A stretch of 56,984 nucleotides of DNA from Betaproteobacteria bacterium (GTDB lineage Bacteria; Pseudomonadota; Gammaproteobacteria; Burkholderiales; CAIKXV01), in NCBI GenBank assembly GCA_947458835.1, contig CANHBC010000002.1, forward strand, positions 1 through 56,984, written 5' to 3'. The notes beneath the pieces were generated by a model. That model had not been told where the DNA came from and did no database searches. It worked only from the letters and a program-made list of their open reading frames with translations. The translations under genes were made by a program, and so were the position numbers. Shown piece by piece: positions 44,440 to 54,247 of this stretch; within the stretch, counting starts at the first letter, position 1, and each line of letters opens with the position of its first letter.

Positions 44440-45420
44440 TCAGCGCGCGCCGCCTGCGCGCAGGCGCTGCGCCGTGGCCGATGGCAGTTCACCAAACATC
44501 TGCCGGTAATCGGCGGCGAACTGGCCGAGGTGCCAGAAGCCCCAGTCGAGCGCGGCATCGGTGACGGCGGAGCCGCCCAGCAGCGCACGGCGTGCGCCGT
44601 TGAAGCGCAGCGCGCGCAGGTATGCAATCGGGCTCATGCCGAGTACGTCCTGGAAGCAATACTGCAGGGTACGCCGGCTGACCTCGAGCGCGGCGCACAG
44701 GCGGGCGACGTTCATCGGCTCATGGGGCACCGCATCGATCAGTTCACGCGCACGCGCGACGAGGCACCAGCGCGCGCGCAACTGCAGCGGCACCACGGCG
44801 GGCGCACGGGTGTCCTCAAGCAGTTCGCAGACATTGGCAACGATCGCATCCTTCAGCGCTGCACCGGCATGGCGGTTGGAGACCAGTACCGGCGTGGTTG
44901 CGAACGCTTCCATCAAGCCGGACACCAGGCGGCGCGTCGATTCGAGGGCTCGCGGATCTGCGCAGCGTACCTGCGCCCGATCCCCCATGCGGTCAAGGAG
45001 GCCAGCCGGGCCATTCACGCCGCCGAGCGCGGACACGAGTTCCGGCGACAGCGCGATGCCGGCGACCTGGTGGTCGGCCGGCGAGCAGAACTCGAAACCA
45101 TCCCGGCCCGAGTACACATAGGCCTGATCGATCGAGCAGGCTTCTCCGCAGAAGCGGGCGGCACCGTCCAGCCTCAGCGGCACGGCCACCGCGAGCGTGC
45201 CCCGCGCGAGGTGGCCGCGCTGCAGCAGTGCACGGTTGGCCGATTCGATGAACACATAGGTGCCCTCGAATGTCACGGCGCGGACGCTGCCATCAAAAAC
45301 GCCCCGGGACAGTTGCAAGTACGCCTGGTTCCAGCCTGGAAGGACCGCAGCCTGCTCCTGTGCATCGAAGCACCGGAAAGCGGCGACGGGTGCTTCTGCA
45401 GGTTGCACGTTCACGGACAT
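44440..45420 (-). CDS. AraC-family transcriptional regulator
   Basis: C-terminal double HTH: MNVARLCAALEVSRRTLQYCFQDVLGMSPIAYLRALRFNGARRAL...GFWHLGQFAADYRQMFGELPS. Confidence 0.85.
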   Translation of the reverse strand: MSVNVQPAEAPVAAFRCFDAQEQAAVLPGWNQAYLQLSRGVFDGSVRAVTFEGTYVFIESANRALLQRGHLARGTLAVAVPLRLDGAARFCGEACSIDQAYVYSGRDGFEFCSPADHQVAGIALSPELVSALGGVNGPAGLLDRMGDRAQVRCADPRALESTRRLVSGLMEAFATTPVLVSNRHAGAALKDAIVANVCELLEDTRAPAVVPLQLRARWCLVARARELIDAVPHEPMNVARLCAALEVSRRTLQYCFQDVLGMSPIAYLRALRFNGARRALLGGSAVTDAALDWGFWHLGQFAADYRQMFGELPSATAQRLRAGGAR

Positions 45421-45697
45421 CGGTGCCTCCTCGGGGACAGGATGAGGATCGTTTTATGTCAGTCGTGTTACCGGAATTCGAGGGTCGGAAATGCATGCGC
45501 GTTTACAGCCGGAGCAACTCCCGTACCAAGGATCGATGGCCTCGCGGATCAGCAACCCCGAAAGCATCCGCCCGCTTGCCTGCATTGCCGAAATCCGATA
45601 GCGGCGCAGCAGCGCCATCCCCTAGTTTCGGCAGGTGCGCGCATCGGCTCAGGCCGGACGCACCCGCAACCATCGACCCCGAACGAGGAACCGAACC

Positions 45698-46393
45698 ATG
45701 ATTTCCGCCCGCAAGCTCGTGCACATGATCATCGCCGCCACCGCGCTCGCGATCGCCGCCCCGGCATTCGCCGCAGACAACGTGCTGCGCGTCTACATCG
45801 CCCGCCATGGCATTACCGACTGGAACGTCGCAATGCGCGTCCAGGGCAACACCGACAACTCGCTCAACGAGACCGGCCGCAAGCAGGCGGCGGCCCTGGT
45901 CGAACGCATGCGCGGCGTGCAGCTCGACCATATCTACACCGCAGCCCTCGTGCGTACCCGGCAGACTGCCGAGGGATTCACCGGCGTGAAGCAGACGGCG
46001 ATTCCCGGTCTGAACGAGCGCAGCCATGGCAAGTTCGAGGGCATCGTCGACGATCCGAAGAACAATGCAGAAATGTCGGCCGAGTACCGGCGCCGCATCC
46101 GCATCGTCGACGACTCGCTGGACGGTGGCGAGTCGCTCGGAGACCAGTGGAGGCGAGTCGGGGCCGCTACCCGCGACATCCTGTCGCGCCACAAGAACGG
46201 CGGCGCGATCCTGATCGTCGGCCACGGCGGCAGCAACCCGCAGATCATGGCCGAGCTGCTCGGCCTGAAGCCGGACGAGGCCCTGAACCGCGTGCGCCAG
46301 GCGAACGACGAGGTGTACATGGTCGAGCTGCGGCCGGGACGTGCGCCGATGATCTGGAAGAACATCACGATGGCCACGCTCGAGGAACTGTAA
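45698..46393 (+). CDS. secreted histidine phosphatase (phosphoglycerate-mutase-like) family protein
   Basis: Signal peptide MISARKLVHMIIAATALAIAAPAFA. Catalytic RHG motif YIARHGITDWN and a distal LIVGHGG. GAGGAA RBS upstream of the ATG at 45698. Confidence 0.8.
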   Translation: MISARKLVHMIIAATALAIAAPAFAADNVLRVYIARHGITDWNVAMRVQGNTDNSLNETGRKQAAALVERMRGVQLDHIYTAALVRTRQTAEGFTGVKQTAIPGLNERSHGKFEGIVDDPKNNAEMSAEYRRRIRIVDDSLDGGESLGDQWRRVGAATRDILSRHKNGGAILIVGHGGSNPQIMAELLGLKPDEALNRVRQANDEVYMVELRPGRAPMIWKNITMATLEEL

Positions 46394-46507
46394 GCCACGC
46401 CCGGTCCATCGCATCACGCGCGTTACGACAGCTTGTTCCTGTCCCCCGCCCGGCCGGCGCAGACGCCCGCCGGGTCGATGTCGAATCCCCAGAACCGGAG
46501 ATCTCCC

Positions 46508-47902
46508 ATGAGTGACCGATTGGCTTCTCTCGTCCGCCCGATGGCCATAGCCTGCGCCCTCGGGGCGTCGGCGATGATCGCCACCCCGGATGCCGTCGCA
46601 GCACAGGCCTTCCCCGCCACCCTCGTCGGGCAGGCCATCCTGCCGGCCGCGTCGTTCATCAAGCCTCCCGCCGACGCGCCGGCTTCGATGGCCGTGTCCG
46701 GGCGCTATACCCACCCCGATACCCGCCGCCGCGACCAGATCGGCTCGATCCCCGGCATCTCGTTCCTGTCCGACCCCAAGGCGCCCCGCTTCACCGGCGT
46801 CGACACCCCGTTCAAGGGGCAGCCGATCCAGGGCTTCTCAGGCATCAAGTGGATGAAGGACGGCACCGCCTGGGTGACGGGCGACAACGGCTTCGGCACC
46901 CGCGCCAACTCGCCGGATGCGATGTTGATGTTCTATCACGTGCGCTTCGACTGGAAGACGCACCAGATCGTCATCCTGCGCACCGTATTCCTGCATGACC
47001 CGGACGGCATCCTGCCGTTCAACATCGTCAACTCGGCGAGCAAGACCCGCTACCTCACCGGCGCCGACCTCGACATCGAGTCGATCCAGGTCATCGGCGA
47101 CAACTTCTGGTTCGGCGACGAACTCGGCCCGTACCTGATCCGCACCGACCGCAACGGCAAGGTCACCGGCCTGTTCGAGACCGTGATCGATGGCCGCGTG
47201 GTGCGCTCGCCTGACCACTTCGCCGTGACCACGCCGAACGTGCCGGGGCAGTTCAATACGGTGGTGCGTCGCTCGCGCGGCTTCGAGGGGATGGCGGCCT
47301 CGCCGGACGGACGGTTCCTCTACCCGCTGCTCGAAGGCCCGATCTGGAACGAGGCGACCAAGGGCTGGGAGATGGCGGACGGCCGCGAGGCGCTGCGTAT
47401 CCTCGAGTTCGACGTGCAGAAGGGCGCCTACACCGGCCGCTCCTGGCGCTACCAGCTCGAAGCCAACGGGCACAACATCGGCGACTTCAACATGATCGAC
47501 GGCACCACCGCGCTGATCGTCGAACGGGACAACCGGGAAGGCATCCCGGAACTGGCCTGCAATGGCCCGGCCCGCGCTGACTGCTTCAACGCACCCGCGC
47601 AGTTCAAGCGCGTCTACAAGATCGACCTCGGCGGCACCGCACCCGACGGCGTAGTGCGCAAGATCGGCTACATCGACCTGCTGAACATCGCGGACCCCGA
47701 CAAGCGTGCGAAGCAGGGCACGATCGCCGGCCGGTTCACGATGCCGTTCTGGTGTATAGAGAACGTCGACATCGTCGATGCAGACCATATCATCGTGGGC
47801 AACGACAATAACCTGACCGTCGGTGGCGGCCGCGAGCCCGGAAAGCACGAGGACAACGAGTTCGTGCTCCTGCGCGTGAGCGAGTTCCTGCGGGCCCTGT
47901 GA
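46508..47902 (+). CDS. secreted 'esterase-like activity of phytase' family protein
   Basis: Signal peptide MSDRLASLVRPMAIACALGASAMIATPDAVA. Body with ...GFSGIKWMKDGTAWVTGDNGF..., DIESIQVIGDNFWFGDELGPYL and RGFEGMAASPDGRFLYPLLEGP, typical of the phytase-like esterase family. Confidence 0.65.
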   Translation: MSDRLASLVRPMAIACALGASAMIATPDAVAAQAFPATLVGQAILPAASFIKPPADAPASMAVSGRYTHPDTRRRDQIGSIPGISFLSDPKAPRFTGVDTPFKGQPIQGFSGIKWMKDGTAWVTGDNGFGTRANSPDAMLMFYHVRFDWKTHQIVILRTVFLHDPDGILPFNIVNSASKTRYLTGADLDIESIQVIGDNFWFGDELGPYLIRTDRNGKVTGLFETVIDGRVVRSPDHFAVTTPNVPGQFNTVVRRSRGFEGMAASPDGRFLYPLLEGPIWNEATKGWEMADGREALRILEFDVQKGAYTGRSWRYQLEANGHNIGDFNMIDGTTALIVERDNREGIPELACNGPARADCFNAPAQFKRVYKIDLGGTAPDGVVRKIGYIDLLNIADPDKRAKQGTIAGRFTMPFWCIENVDIVDADHIIVGNDNNLTVGGGREPGKHEDNEFVLLRVSEFLRAL

Positions 47903-47915
47903 GCGAATATCCACG

Positions 47916-49298
47916 ATGAGCAACCGTCCCGGTTCCCCGCAGCTGCGAAAGACCCTGTCCACGTTGCAGCTGTGGGGGATCGCGGTCGGCCTGGTCATCT
48001 CCGGCGAGTATTTCGGCTGGAGCTTCGGGTGGGCTTCGGCCGGCACCCTCGGTTTCCTGGTCACGACGCTGTTCGTGGCCGCGATGTACACCACCTTCAT
48101 CTTCAGCTTCACCGAACTGACCACCGCGATACCGCACGCAGGCGGGCCTTTCGCCTACGCACGCCGCGCCTTCGGACCGACTGGCGGCTACTTCGCCGGT
48201 GCCGCCACGCTGGTCGAGTTCGTGTTCGCGCCGCCGGCGATTGCACTGGCGATCGGCGCCTACCTCAACGTACAGTTTCCATCGGTCGACCCGAAGCTGG
48301 CGGCGGTCGGCGCGTACCTGGTGTTCATGTCGCTGAACATCGCGGGCGTGCGCATCGCAGCCACCTTCGAGCTGCTGATCACGCTGGTTGCGGTGTTCGA
48401 GTTGCTGGTGTTCATGGGCGTGGTCGCCCCCGGCTTCTCGATGTCCAGCTTCACCGCCGGCGGCTGGGCTGGCGCGGACAGCTTCACGCTGGCGGCCATC
48501 CCCGGCATCATCGCGGCAATCCCGTTCGCGATCTGGTTCTTCCTGGCGATCGAGGGCGTGGCAATGGCCGCGGAGGAAGCGAAGGATCCGCAACGCTCGA
48601 TTCCCGTCGCCTATGTCACCGGCATCCTGACCCTGGTCGCGCTCGCCTTCGGCGTGATGCTGCTCGCCGGCGGTGCCGGCGACTGGCGGCAACTGTCCAA
48701 CATCAACGACCCGCTGCCACAGGCGATGAAGATGGTGGTCGGCGAATCCAGCGGCTGGCTCACGATGCTGGTCTGGCTCGGACTTTTCGGGCTGATCGCC
48801 TCGTTCCACGGAATCATCCTGGGCTATTCACGACAGTGGTTCGCGCTGGCCCGCGCCGGCTACCTGCCGGCCTGGTTCGCGCAGCTGCATCCTCGCTTCC
48901 ATACGCCGCACCGTGCGATCCTCGCCGGTGGCGTGATCGGCATCGCCGCGATCTTCAGCGACGAAGTCATCAAGCTCGGCGGACAGACATTGACCGCGAA
49001 TATCGTCACCATGGCGGTTTTCGGGGCCCTGACCATGTACATCATCAGCATGCTTTCCCTGTTCCGGCTGCGCCGCAGCGAACCCGGCCTGGCGCGTCCG
49101 TTCCGGGCACCGGCCTACCCGGTGTTTCCGGCGTTCGCGCTGTGCACCGCGGTAGCCGCGCTGCTGGCGATCATCGTGTTCAACCCGTTGATCGCAGCCG
49201 TGTTCGCGGGCTTGATGCTGGCAGGCTATGTCTATTTCCTGCTCACCGCCGGCCAGCGCGAACGGGCAGCCCGCGACCCGCTGCTCGAAACCCGCTGA
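47916..49298 (+). CDS. APC-family amino acid/amine permease, ethanolamine-permease-like
   Basis: LRKTLSTLQLWGIAVGLVISGEYFGWSFGWASAGTLGF...AIPHAGGPFAYARRAFGP. About 12 TM segments. Confidence 0.75.
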   Translation: MSNRPGSPQLRKTLSTLQLWGIAVGLVISGEYFGWSFGWASAGTLGFLVTTLFVAAMYTTFIFSFTELTTAIPHAGGPFAYARRAFGPTGGYFAGAATLVEFVFAPPAIALAIGAYLNVQFPSVDPKLAAVGAYLVFMSLNIAGVRIAATFELLITLVAVFELLVFMGVVAPGFSMSSFTAGGWAGADSFTLAAIPGIIAAIPFAIWFFLAIEGVAMAAEEAKDPQRSIPVAYVTGILTLVALAFGVMLLAGGAGDWRQLSNINDPLPQAMKMVVGESSGWLTMLVWLGLFGLIASFHGIILGYSRQWFALARAGYLPAWFAQLHPRFHTPHRAILAGGVIGIAAIFSDEVIKLGGQTLTANIVTMAVFGALTMYIISMLSLFRLRRSEPGLARPFRAPAYPVFPAFALCTAVAALLAIIVFNPLIAAVFAGLMLAGYVYFLLTAGQRERAARDPLLETR

Positions 49299-49373
49299 GC
49301 AGCCTGCCGTCCCCGCACGGCCTGCGCTGCCTCGCCCCTCGCATCCTTGCGTACTCACGACTGAACGTCCACC

Positions 49374-50807
49374 ATGCACGACCCTGTATCTGCTGGCCCC
49401 ACCTCCCCGCTCGACTCACCTGCAGCAGGCGGGACGATGGTCACCGGATCCGCAGGCCCGGAACACCCTGCGCTCGCCGCCGTGCGGACATCCGATACGG
49501 TCAAGGTCAAGGTCGCATGCAGCGACATCGACGGCATCCTGCGCGGCAAGTACCTGCATCGCGACAAGTTCATGGCTGCCGCGGAAGGTGGGTTCGGCTT
49601 CTGCGACGTCGTGTTCGGATGGGACGCGCATGACGCCTGCTACGACAACACGCAGGTCACCGGCTGGCAGCACGGGTACCCCGATGCGCTGGCACGTATC
49701 GACCTCGGCACCGCACGCCACGTACCCTGGGATGCCGGCGTTCCGTTCTTCCTCGGCGAGTTCATCAACGCGGACGGCTCTCCGTTCGCGGTGTGTCCGC
49801 GGCAGACCCTGAAGCGCGTGCTCAAGCGCGCCGAGAAGCTGGGCTTCGCGCCGATGGCCGGCATGGAGTTCGAATGGTTCAACTTCGCCGAGACGCCGCA
49901 GAGCTGGGCGGCCAAACGCGGCGTCGGCCCGGAGACGATCACCCCGGGCATGTTCGGCTACTCGCTGCTGCGCATGGCCGACAACGGCGGCTTCTTCCAT
50001 GCCCTGATGGACGAGATGGCGGCCTTCCGCGTGCCCATCGAAGGGCTGCACACCGAGACTGGCCCGGGCGTCTACGAGGTCGCGATCACCTTCAGCGAAG
50101 CCCTCGAAGCGGCCGACCGCGCCATACTGTTCAAGACCGGTGCGAAAGAGATCGGCAAGCGCTTTGGCGTGATGCCGAGCTTCATGGCCAAGTGGAACGC
50201 TGCGCTGCCCGGCTGCTCGGGACATATCCACCAGAGCCTGTCGGACGGCCGGAAGAACGTGTTCCATGATGCCGCAGGCAGGCACTCGATGAGCCCGGTA
50301 TTCGAGAGCTATCTGGCCGGCCAGGTGGCGTGCCTGATGGAGTTCGCGCCGATGTTCTGGCCGACGATCAACAGCTACAAGCGTCTGGTCGATGGCTTCT
50401 GGGCGCCGGTCAAGCCCACCTGGGGCGTGGACAACCGCACCGCGAGCTTCCGCGTCATCGCCGGCAGCCCGAAGTCCACGCGGCTCGAGACACGCTGCCC
50501 CGGCGCCGATGTGAACCCGTACCTGGCGATGGCCGCAGTGCTCGCCGCGGGCCTCGACGGAATCGAGAAGGGCCTGAAGCTCACCGCGCCTGCGATCACC
50601 GGGACCAACCAGGGCGCTGAGGACGTCGCCCGCGCACCGCGTTCGCTCATGCAGACGACCGCGAACTTCCGAGCGAGCGACATCGCCCGCGACTGGCTTG
50701 GAGACACGTTCGTCGACCACTTCGCCGCCACCCGCGAATGGGAGCACCGTCAGTGGCAGGATGCGGTGACCGACTGGGAACTGAAGCGCTACCTAGAGAT
50801 CATCTGA
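49374..50807 (+). CDS. glutamine-synthetase-family gamma-glutamyl ligase (PuuA/GlnA4/IpuC-like)
   Basis: GS beta-grasp N-domain (CSDIDGILRGKYL) and catalytic domain (MAGMEFEWF, HTETGPGVYEV, GCSGHIHQSL, NSYKRLV, NRTASFRV, NPYLAMAAVLAAGLDGI). An alternative start lies at 49437. Confidence 0.8.
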   Translation: MHDPVSAGPTSPLDSPAAGGTMVTGSAGPEHPALAAVRTSDTVKVKVACSDIDGILRGKYLHRDKFMAAAEGGFGFCDVVFGWDAHDACYDNTQVTGWQHGYPDALARIDLGTARHVPWDAGVPFFLGEFINADGSPFAVCPRQTLKRVLKRAEKLGFAPMAGMEFEWFNFAETPQSWAAKRGVGPETITPGMFGYSLLRMADNGGFFHALMDEMAAFRVPIEGLHTETGPGVYEVAITFSEALEAADRAILFKTGAKEIGKRFGVMPSFMAKWNAALPGCSGHIHQSLSDGRKNVFHDAAGRHSMSPVFESYLAGQVACLMEFAPMFWPTINSYKRLVDGFWAPVKPTWGVDNRTASFRVIAGSPKSTRLETRCPGADVNPYLAMAAVLAAGLDGIEKGLKLTAPAITGTNQGAEDVARAPRSLMQTTANFRASDIARDWLGDTFVDHFAATREWEHRQWQDAVTDWELKRYLEII

Positions 50808-51940
50808 TGACCCTCACTCATTTCTCGTTTCCGACTGCCATTGCCTTCGGCGCCGGCGCGCGCAAGCTGGTCGCCGAGCACCTGCTCGCGCGGGGCCTGA
50901 AGCGCCCGTTGGTCGTGACCGACCGTGCACTGGCTGCGCTGCCGGTGATGGACGAGTTCAAGAGCCATCTCGGTGGCCTGCATCCCGCTGTCTTCGATGG
51001 CGTACATGGCAATCCCACCTGCGCGCAGGTGATGGCCGGCGCTGCCGCGTTCAAGTCACATGGCGCCGACTGCGTGATCGGCTTCGGCGGGGGTGCCGCG
51101 CTGGACGTGGCCAAGGTCGTCGGCCTGATGGCCGTCCACGATGGCGACATCCTCGACTATGTCTGGGACCACCCGAACGTCCGGCCCATCACCCAACCCC
51201 TGCCCTGGTTCGTGGCGCTGCCAACCACGGCGGGCACCGGCAGCGAGGTCGGCCGCTCGGCCGTGGTGTCGGAGAACGACACGCACCACAAGCGCACCGT
51301 GTTCAGCGCCAGGATCCTGGCGCAGGCGGTCTTTGCAGATCCGGAGCTGACGCTAGGCCTGCCGGCGGCGGTCACCGCAGCCACCGGAATGGACGCGCTC
51401 ACGCACAACATCGAGAGCTACCTGTCACCGGCGTACCACCCGCTGTGCGACGGCATCGCACTCGAAGGCCTGCGCGTGGGCGCACGCGCGCTGGCTGCTG
51501 CCGTGCGTGATCCTGGAAACCTGGCCGCGCGCACCGACATGATGATGAGCTCGATGATGGGTGCCATCGCCTTCCAGAAGGACCTCGGCTCGGTGCATGC
51601 CTGCGCCCATGCGCTGGGCGCCGTCTGCGACCTGCATCATGGCCTGGCCAACGCGCTGATGATCGACACCGTGCTCGCCTGGAATTTCGAAGCGGTGCCG
51701 GCGAAGTTCGACGAGCTCGCACACGCGGCCGGCCTGTCCGGCGGCGGCGCGGCCTTCGTTCCCTGGTTGCGCGAGCTCAAGGCGACGATCGGCATCGAGG
51801 GTGGCCTCGCTGCACGCGGCGTGACGCGCGCGCAACTGCCACGGCTGATCGAGCTGGCGGACAAGGACTTCACCAGCCAGACCAATCCGCGCAAGGCGTC
51901 CGCTTCGGATTACGAGCGGCTGTTCCTGGCGGCACTGTGA
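50807..51940 (+). CDS. iron-containing (group III) alcohol dehydrogenase
   Basis: GFGGGAALDVAK. Metal-binding region with ...THNIESY... and ...HACAHALGAVCDLHHGLANA. The start overlaps the GS-like stop (TGATG). Confidence 0.85.
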   Translation: MTLTHFSFPTAIAFGAGARKLVAEHLLARGLKRPLVVTDRALAALPVMDEFKSHLGGLHPAVFDGVHGNPTCAQVMAGAAAFKSHGADCVIGFGGGAALDVAKVVGLMAVHDGDILDYVWDHPNVRPITQPLPWFVALPTTAGTGSEVGRSAVVSENDTHHKRTVFSARILAQAVFADPELTLGLPAAVTAATGMDALTHNIESYLSPAYHPLCDGIALEGLRVGARALAAAVRDPGNLAARTDMMMSSMMGAIAFQKDLGSVHACAHALGAVCDLHHGLANALMIDTVLAWNFEAVPAKFDELAHAAGLSGGGAAFVPWLRELKATIGIEGGLAARGVTRAQLPRLIELADKDFTSQTNPRKASASDYERLFLAAL

Positions 51941-52743
51941 GCATCGCTGGCGATCGGCCGCTGCTGATCGGAGTGTCTTCACGCGTGCAGTACCCCGACG
52001 CCACGACCGCGTCGCTGGGCGGCGTGTTCACCAAGACCCTGCACTACCTGGAGCAGTCGGTCGCCCACTGGGTGCTCTCCGGCCACGCCATCGCAGTCAT
52101 GATACCGGCGGTCACGCGCGACAGCATCGTGACCCGCGCCGACCTGAACCTGGACGACTACGCGGCCGCGCTCGACGGCCTGGTCCTCCAGGGCGGGGCC
52201 GACATCGCCCCAGAGAGCTATGGCGAGGTGCCGATGCGTCCGGAATGGCAGGGCGACCGGCTGCGCGACCTTCACGAGATCGCACTCATCGACGCGTTCC
52301 TCGCCGCCGGAAAGCCGATCTTCGGCATCTGCCGCGGCCTGCAGATGCTCAACGTGAAGTTCGGCGGCACGCTGTTCCAGGATATCTCGACCCAGCAGCC
52401 GGCGGCCCGGTCGCACCGCGAGCACGCGCAGTACGAGAAGCACGGGCACGAGATCGAGATCGTCCCCGGCACACGCCTGGCGGAACTGTGCCCTGGCGTC
52501 ACCCGTGCCAGCGCCAACAGCATCCACCACCAGGGCATCAAGGACCTCGCTCCCGGCTTCGTGGTCGAGGCGCGCTGCCCGCAGGACGGCATCATCGAGG
52601 CGGTGCGCCGCGTCGGGCCCACCTACGTGGCCGCCGTGCAATGGCACCCCGAGTTCCATGACAAGGCCGTGCCGGGACAGTTCGACGACACGCCATTACT
52701 GAACGATTTCCTCCAGGCGGTACGTACCGCACGAACGACATGA
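51937..52743 (+). CDS. gamma-glutamyl-amide hydrolase (peptidase C26 / class I glutamine amidotransferase-like, PuuD-like)
   Basis: Nucleophile motif IFGICRGLQMLNV and NSIHHQGI. The GTG start overlaps the ADH stop (GTGA). Confidence 0.8.
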   Translation: MSIAGDRPLLIGVSSRVQYPDATTASLGGVFTKTLHYLEQSVAHWVLSGHAIAVMIPAVTRDSIVTRADLNLDDYAAALDGLVLQGGADIAPESYGEVPMRPEWQGDRLRDLHEIALIDAFLAAGKPIFGICRGLQMLNVKFGGTLFQDISTQQPAARSHREHAQYEKHGHEIEIVPGTRLAELCPGVTRASANSIHHQGIKDLAPGFVVEARCPQDGIIEAVRRVGPTYVAAVQWHPEFHDKAVPGQFDDTPLLNDFLQAVRTARTT

Positions 52744-54116
52744 ACGACCGACTCGAAGTCCACAACCCCGCCACCGGCCGAAGCGTGGCCGAGGTAGCCG
52801 CCGACAGCGCGGCCTCGGTCGCGCTGAAGGCAATGGCAGCCCGCGCGGCGCAGCCGGGCTGGTCCGCCACGCCGATGACCGAACGCCTGGCTGCGATCGT
52901 ACGCTTTCGTGCAAGCGTCGCCGCCGAGATCGAGACGCTGGCAACCACGTTGACGCAGGAGGTCGGAAAACCGATCAGCCAGTCGCGCAACGAGATCAAC
53001 GGCATGATCACGCGCATCGACTTCTTCATCGAACACACCGAAGCTGCGGTGCGCGACGAGCCTGTGTTCGACGACGGCGCCATGCGCGAGCAGATCTCGC
53101 ATGAACCGCTGGGCGTGGTCGGCAACATCTCGGCCTGGAACTATCCCTATCTGGTCGGCTGCAATGTCATCGTGCCGGCGCTGCTCACCGGCAATGCCGT
53201 GCTGTACAAGCCCTCGGAATACGCCGCGCTGACCGGGCTGCACATCACGCGGCTGCTGCATGAAGCCGGCATTCCAGGCGAGGTGATGCAGGCCGTCATC
53301 GGCGCCGCGGATGTCGGCACCGTACTGCTCGAGCAGCCGCTCGACGGCCTGTTCTTCACCGGCAGCCACGCCACCGGCGTGCGCATTGCCCAGGCGCTGG
53401 CGCCACGGCTGATCAAGCTGCAACTGGAACTGGGCGGCAAGGACCCGGTCTATGTGCGCGCAGATGCAGACCCGAAGATCGCCGCCGAAAGCCTGGCGGA
53501 CGGGGCGATGTACAACACCGGCCAGAGCTGCTGCTCGGTCGAGCGCATCTATGTCCACGCCAGCCTGCACGACGCGTTCGTCGAGCATTTCCTGGCCACG
53601 GTGGCTGGGTTCAGGCAGGGCGACCCGATGGCCGATGACACCTACATCGGCGCCATCACGCGCGCACCGCAGCTCGATGTGCTCGACGCGCAGGTCGCCG
53701 ATGCAACCTCCCGGGGCGCCACGCTGCGCTGCGGCGGCAAGCGCCTGTCCCAGCCGGGGAACTGGTACGCGCCGACGGTATTTACAGAGGTCGACCACAC
53801 GATGGCGCTGATGCGCGAGGAGAGCTTCGGCCCGATCATCGGCATCCAGAAGGTCTCCGGCGACGACGAGGCCGTGTCACTGATGAACGACACCCGGTAT
53901 GGCCTGACGGCTGGCGTGTTCACGCGAGACGAGGCCTCCGCCCGCGTCTTGCTGTCGCGCGTGAAAGCCGGGACCGTGTACTGGAACTGCTGCGACAGGG
54001 TGAGCCCGCGCCTGCCCTGGTCGGGCCATGGCGACTCGGGGCTGGGGCTGACGCTGTCCACGTACGGCATCCAGACCTTCACGCGGCCAAAGGCCTGGCA
54101 TCTGCGGCGTCCTTGA
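52740..54116 (+). CDS. NAD(P)-dependent aldehyde dehydrogenase
   Basis: ELGGKDP and catalytic Cys region NTGQSCCSVERIYV. ...EESFGPI... ATGA overlap with the upstream hydrolase gene. Confidence 0.9.
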   Translation: MNDRLEVHNPATGRSVAEVAADSAASVALKAMAARAAQPGWSATPMTERLAAIVRFRASVAAEIETLATTLTQEVGKPISQSRNEINGMITRIDFFIEHTEAAVRDEPVFDDGAMREQISHEPLGVVGNISAWNYPYLVGCNVIVPALLTGNAVLYKPSEYAALTGLHITRLLHEAGIPGEVMQAVIGAADVGTVLLEQPLDGLFFTGSHATGVRIAQALAPRLIKLQLELGGKDPVYVRADADPKIAAESLADGAMYNTGQSCCSVERIYVHASLHDAFVEHFLATVAGFRQGDPMADDTYIGAITRAPQLDVLDAQVADATSRGATLRCGGKRLSQPGNWYAPTVFTEVDHTMALMREESFGPIIGIQKVSGDDEAVSLMNDTRYGLTAGVFTRDEASARVLLSRVKAGTVYWNCCDRVSPRLPWSGHGDSGLGLTLSTYGIQTFTRPKAWHLRRP

Positions 54117-54247
54117 CGCCCGCTTCCCGGCGGCGCCGAATCGCAGTAGATTGACGAGGCTCCATCTTCCGGAACAGGAAGGGAGCATCGGCATCTGACG
54201 AACACGCGACCAACGACCACGCTGCGCAAACACCGGGAGGCAACAGC

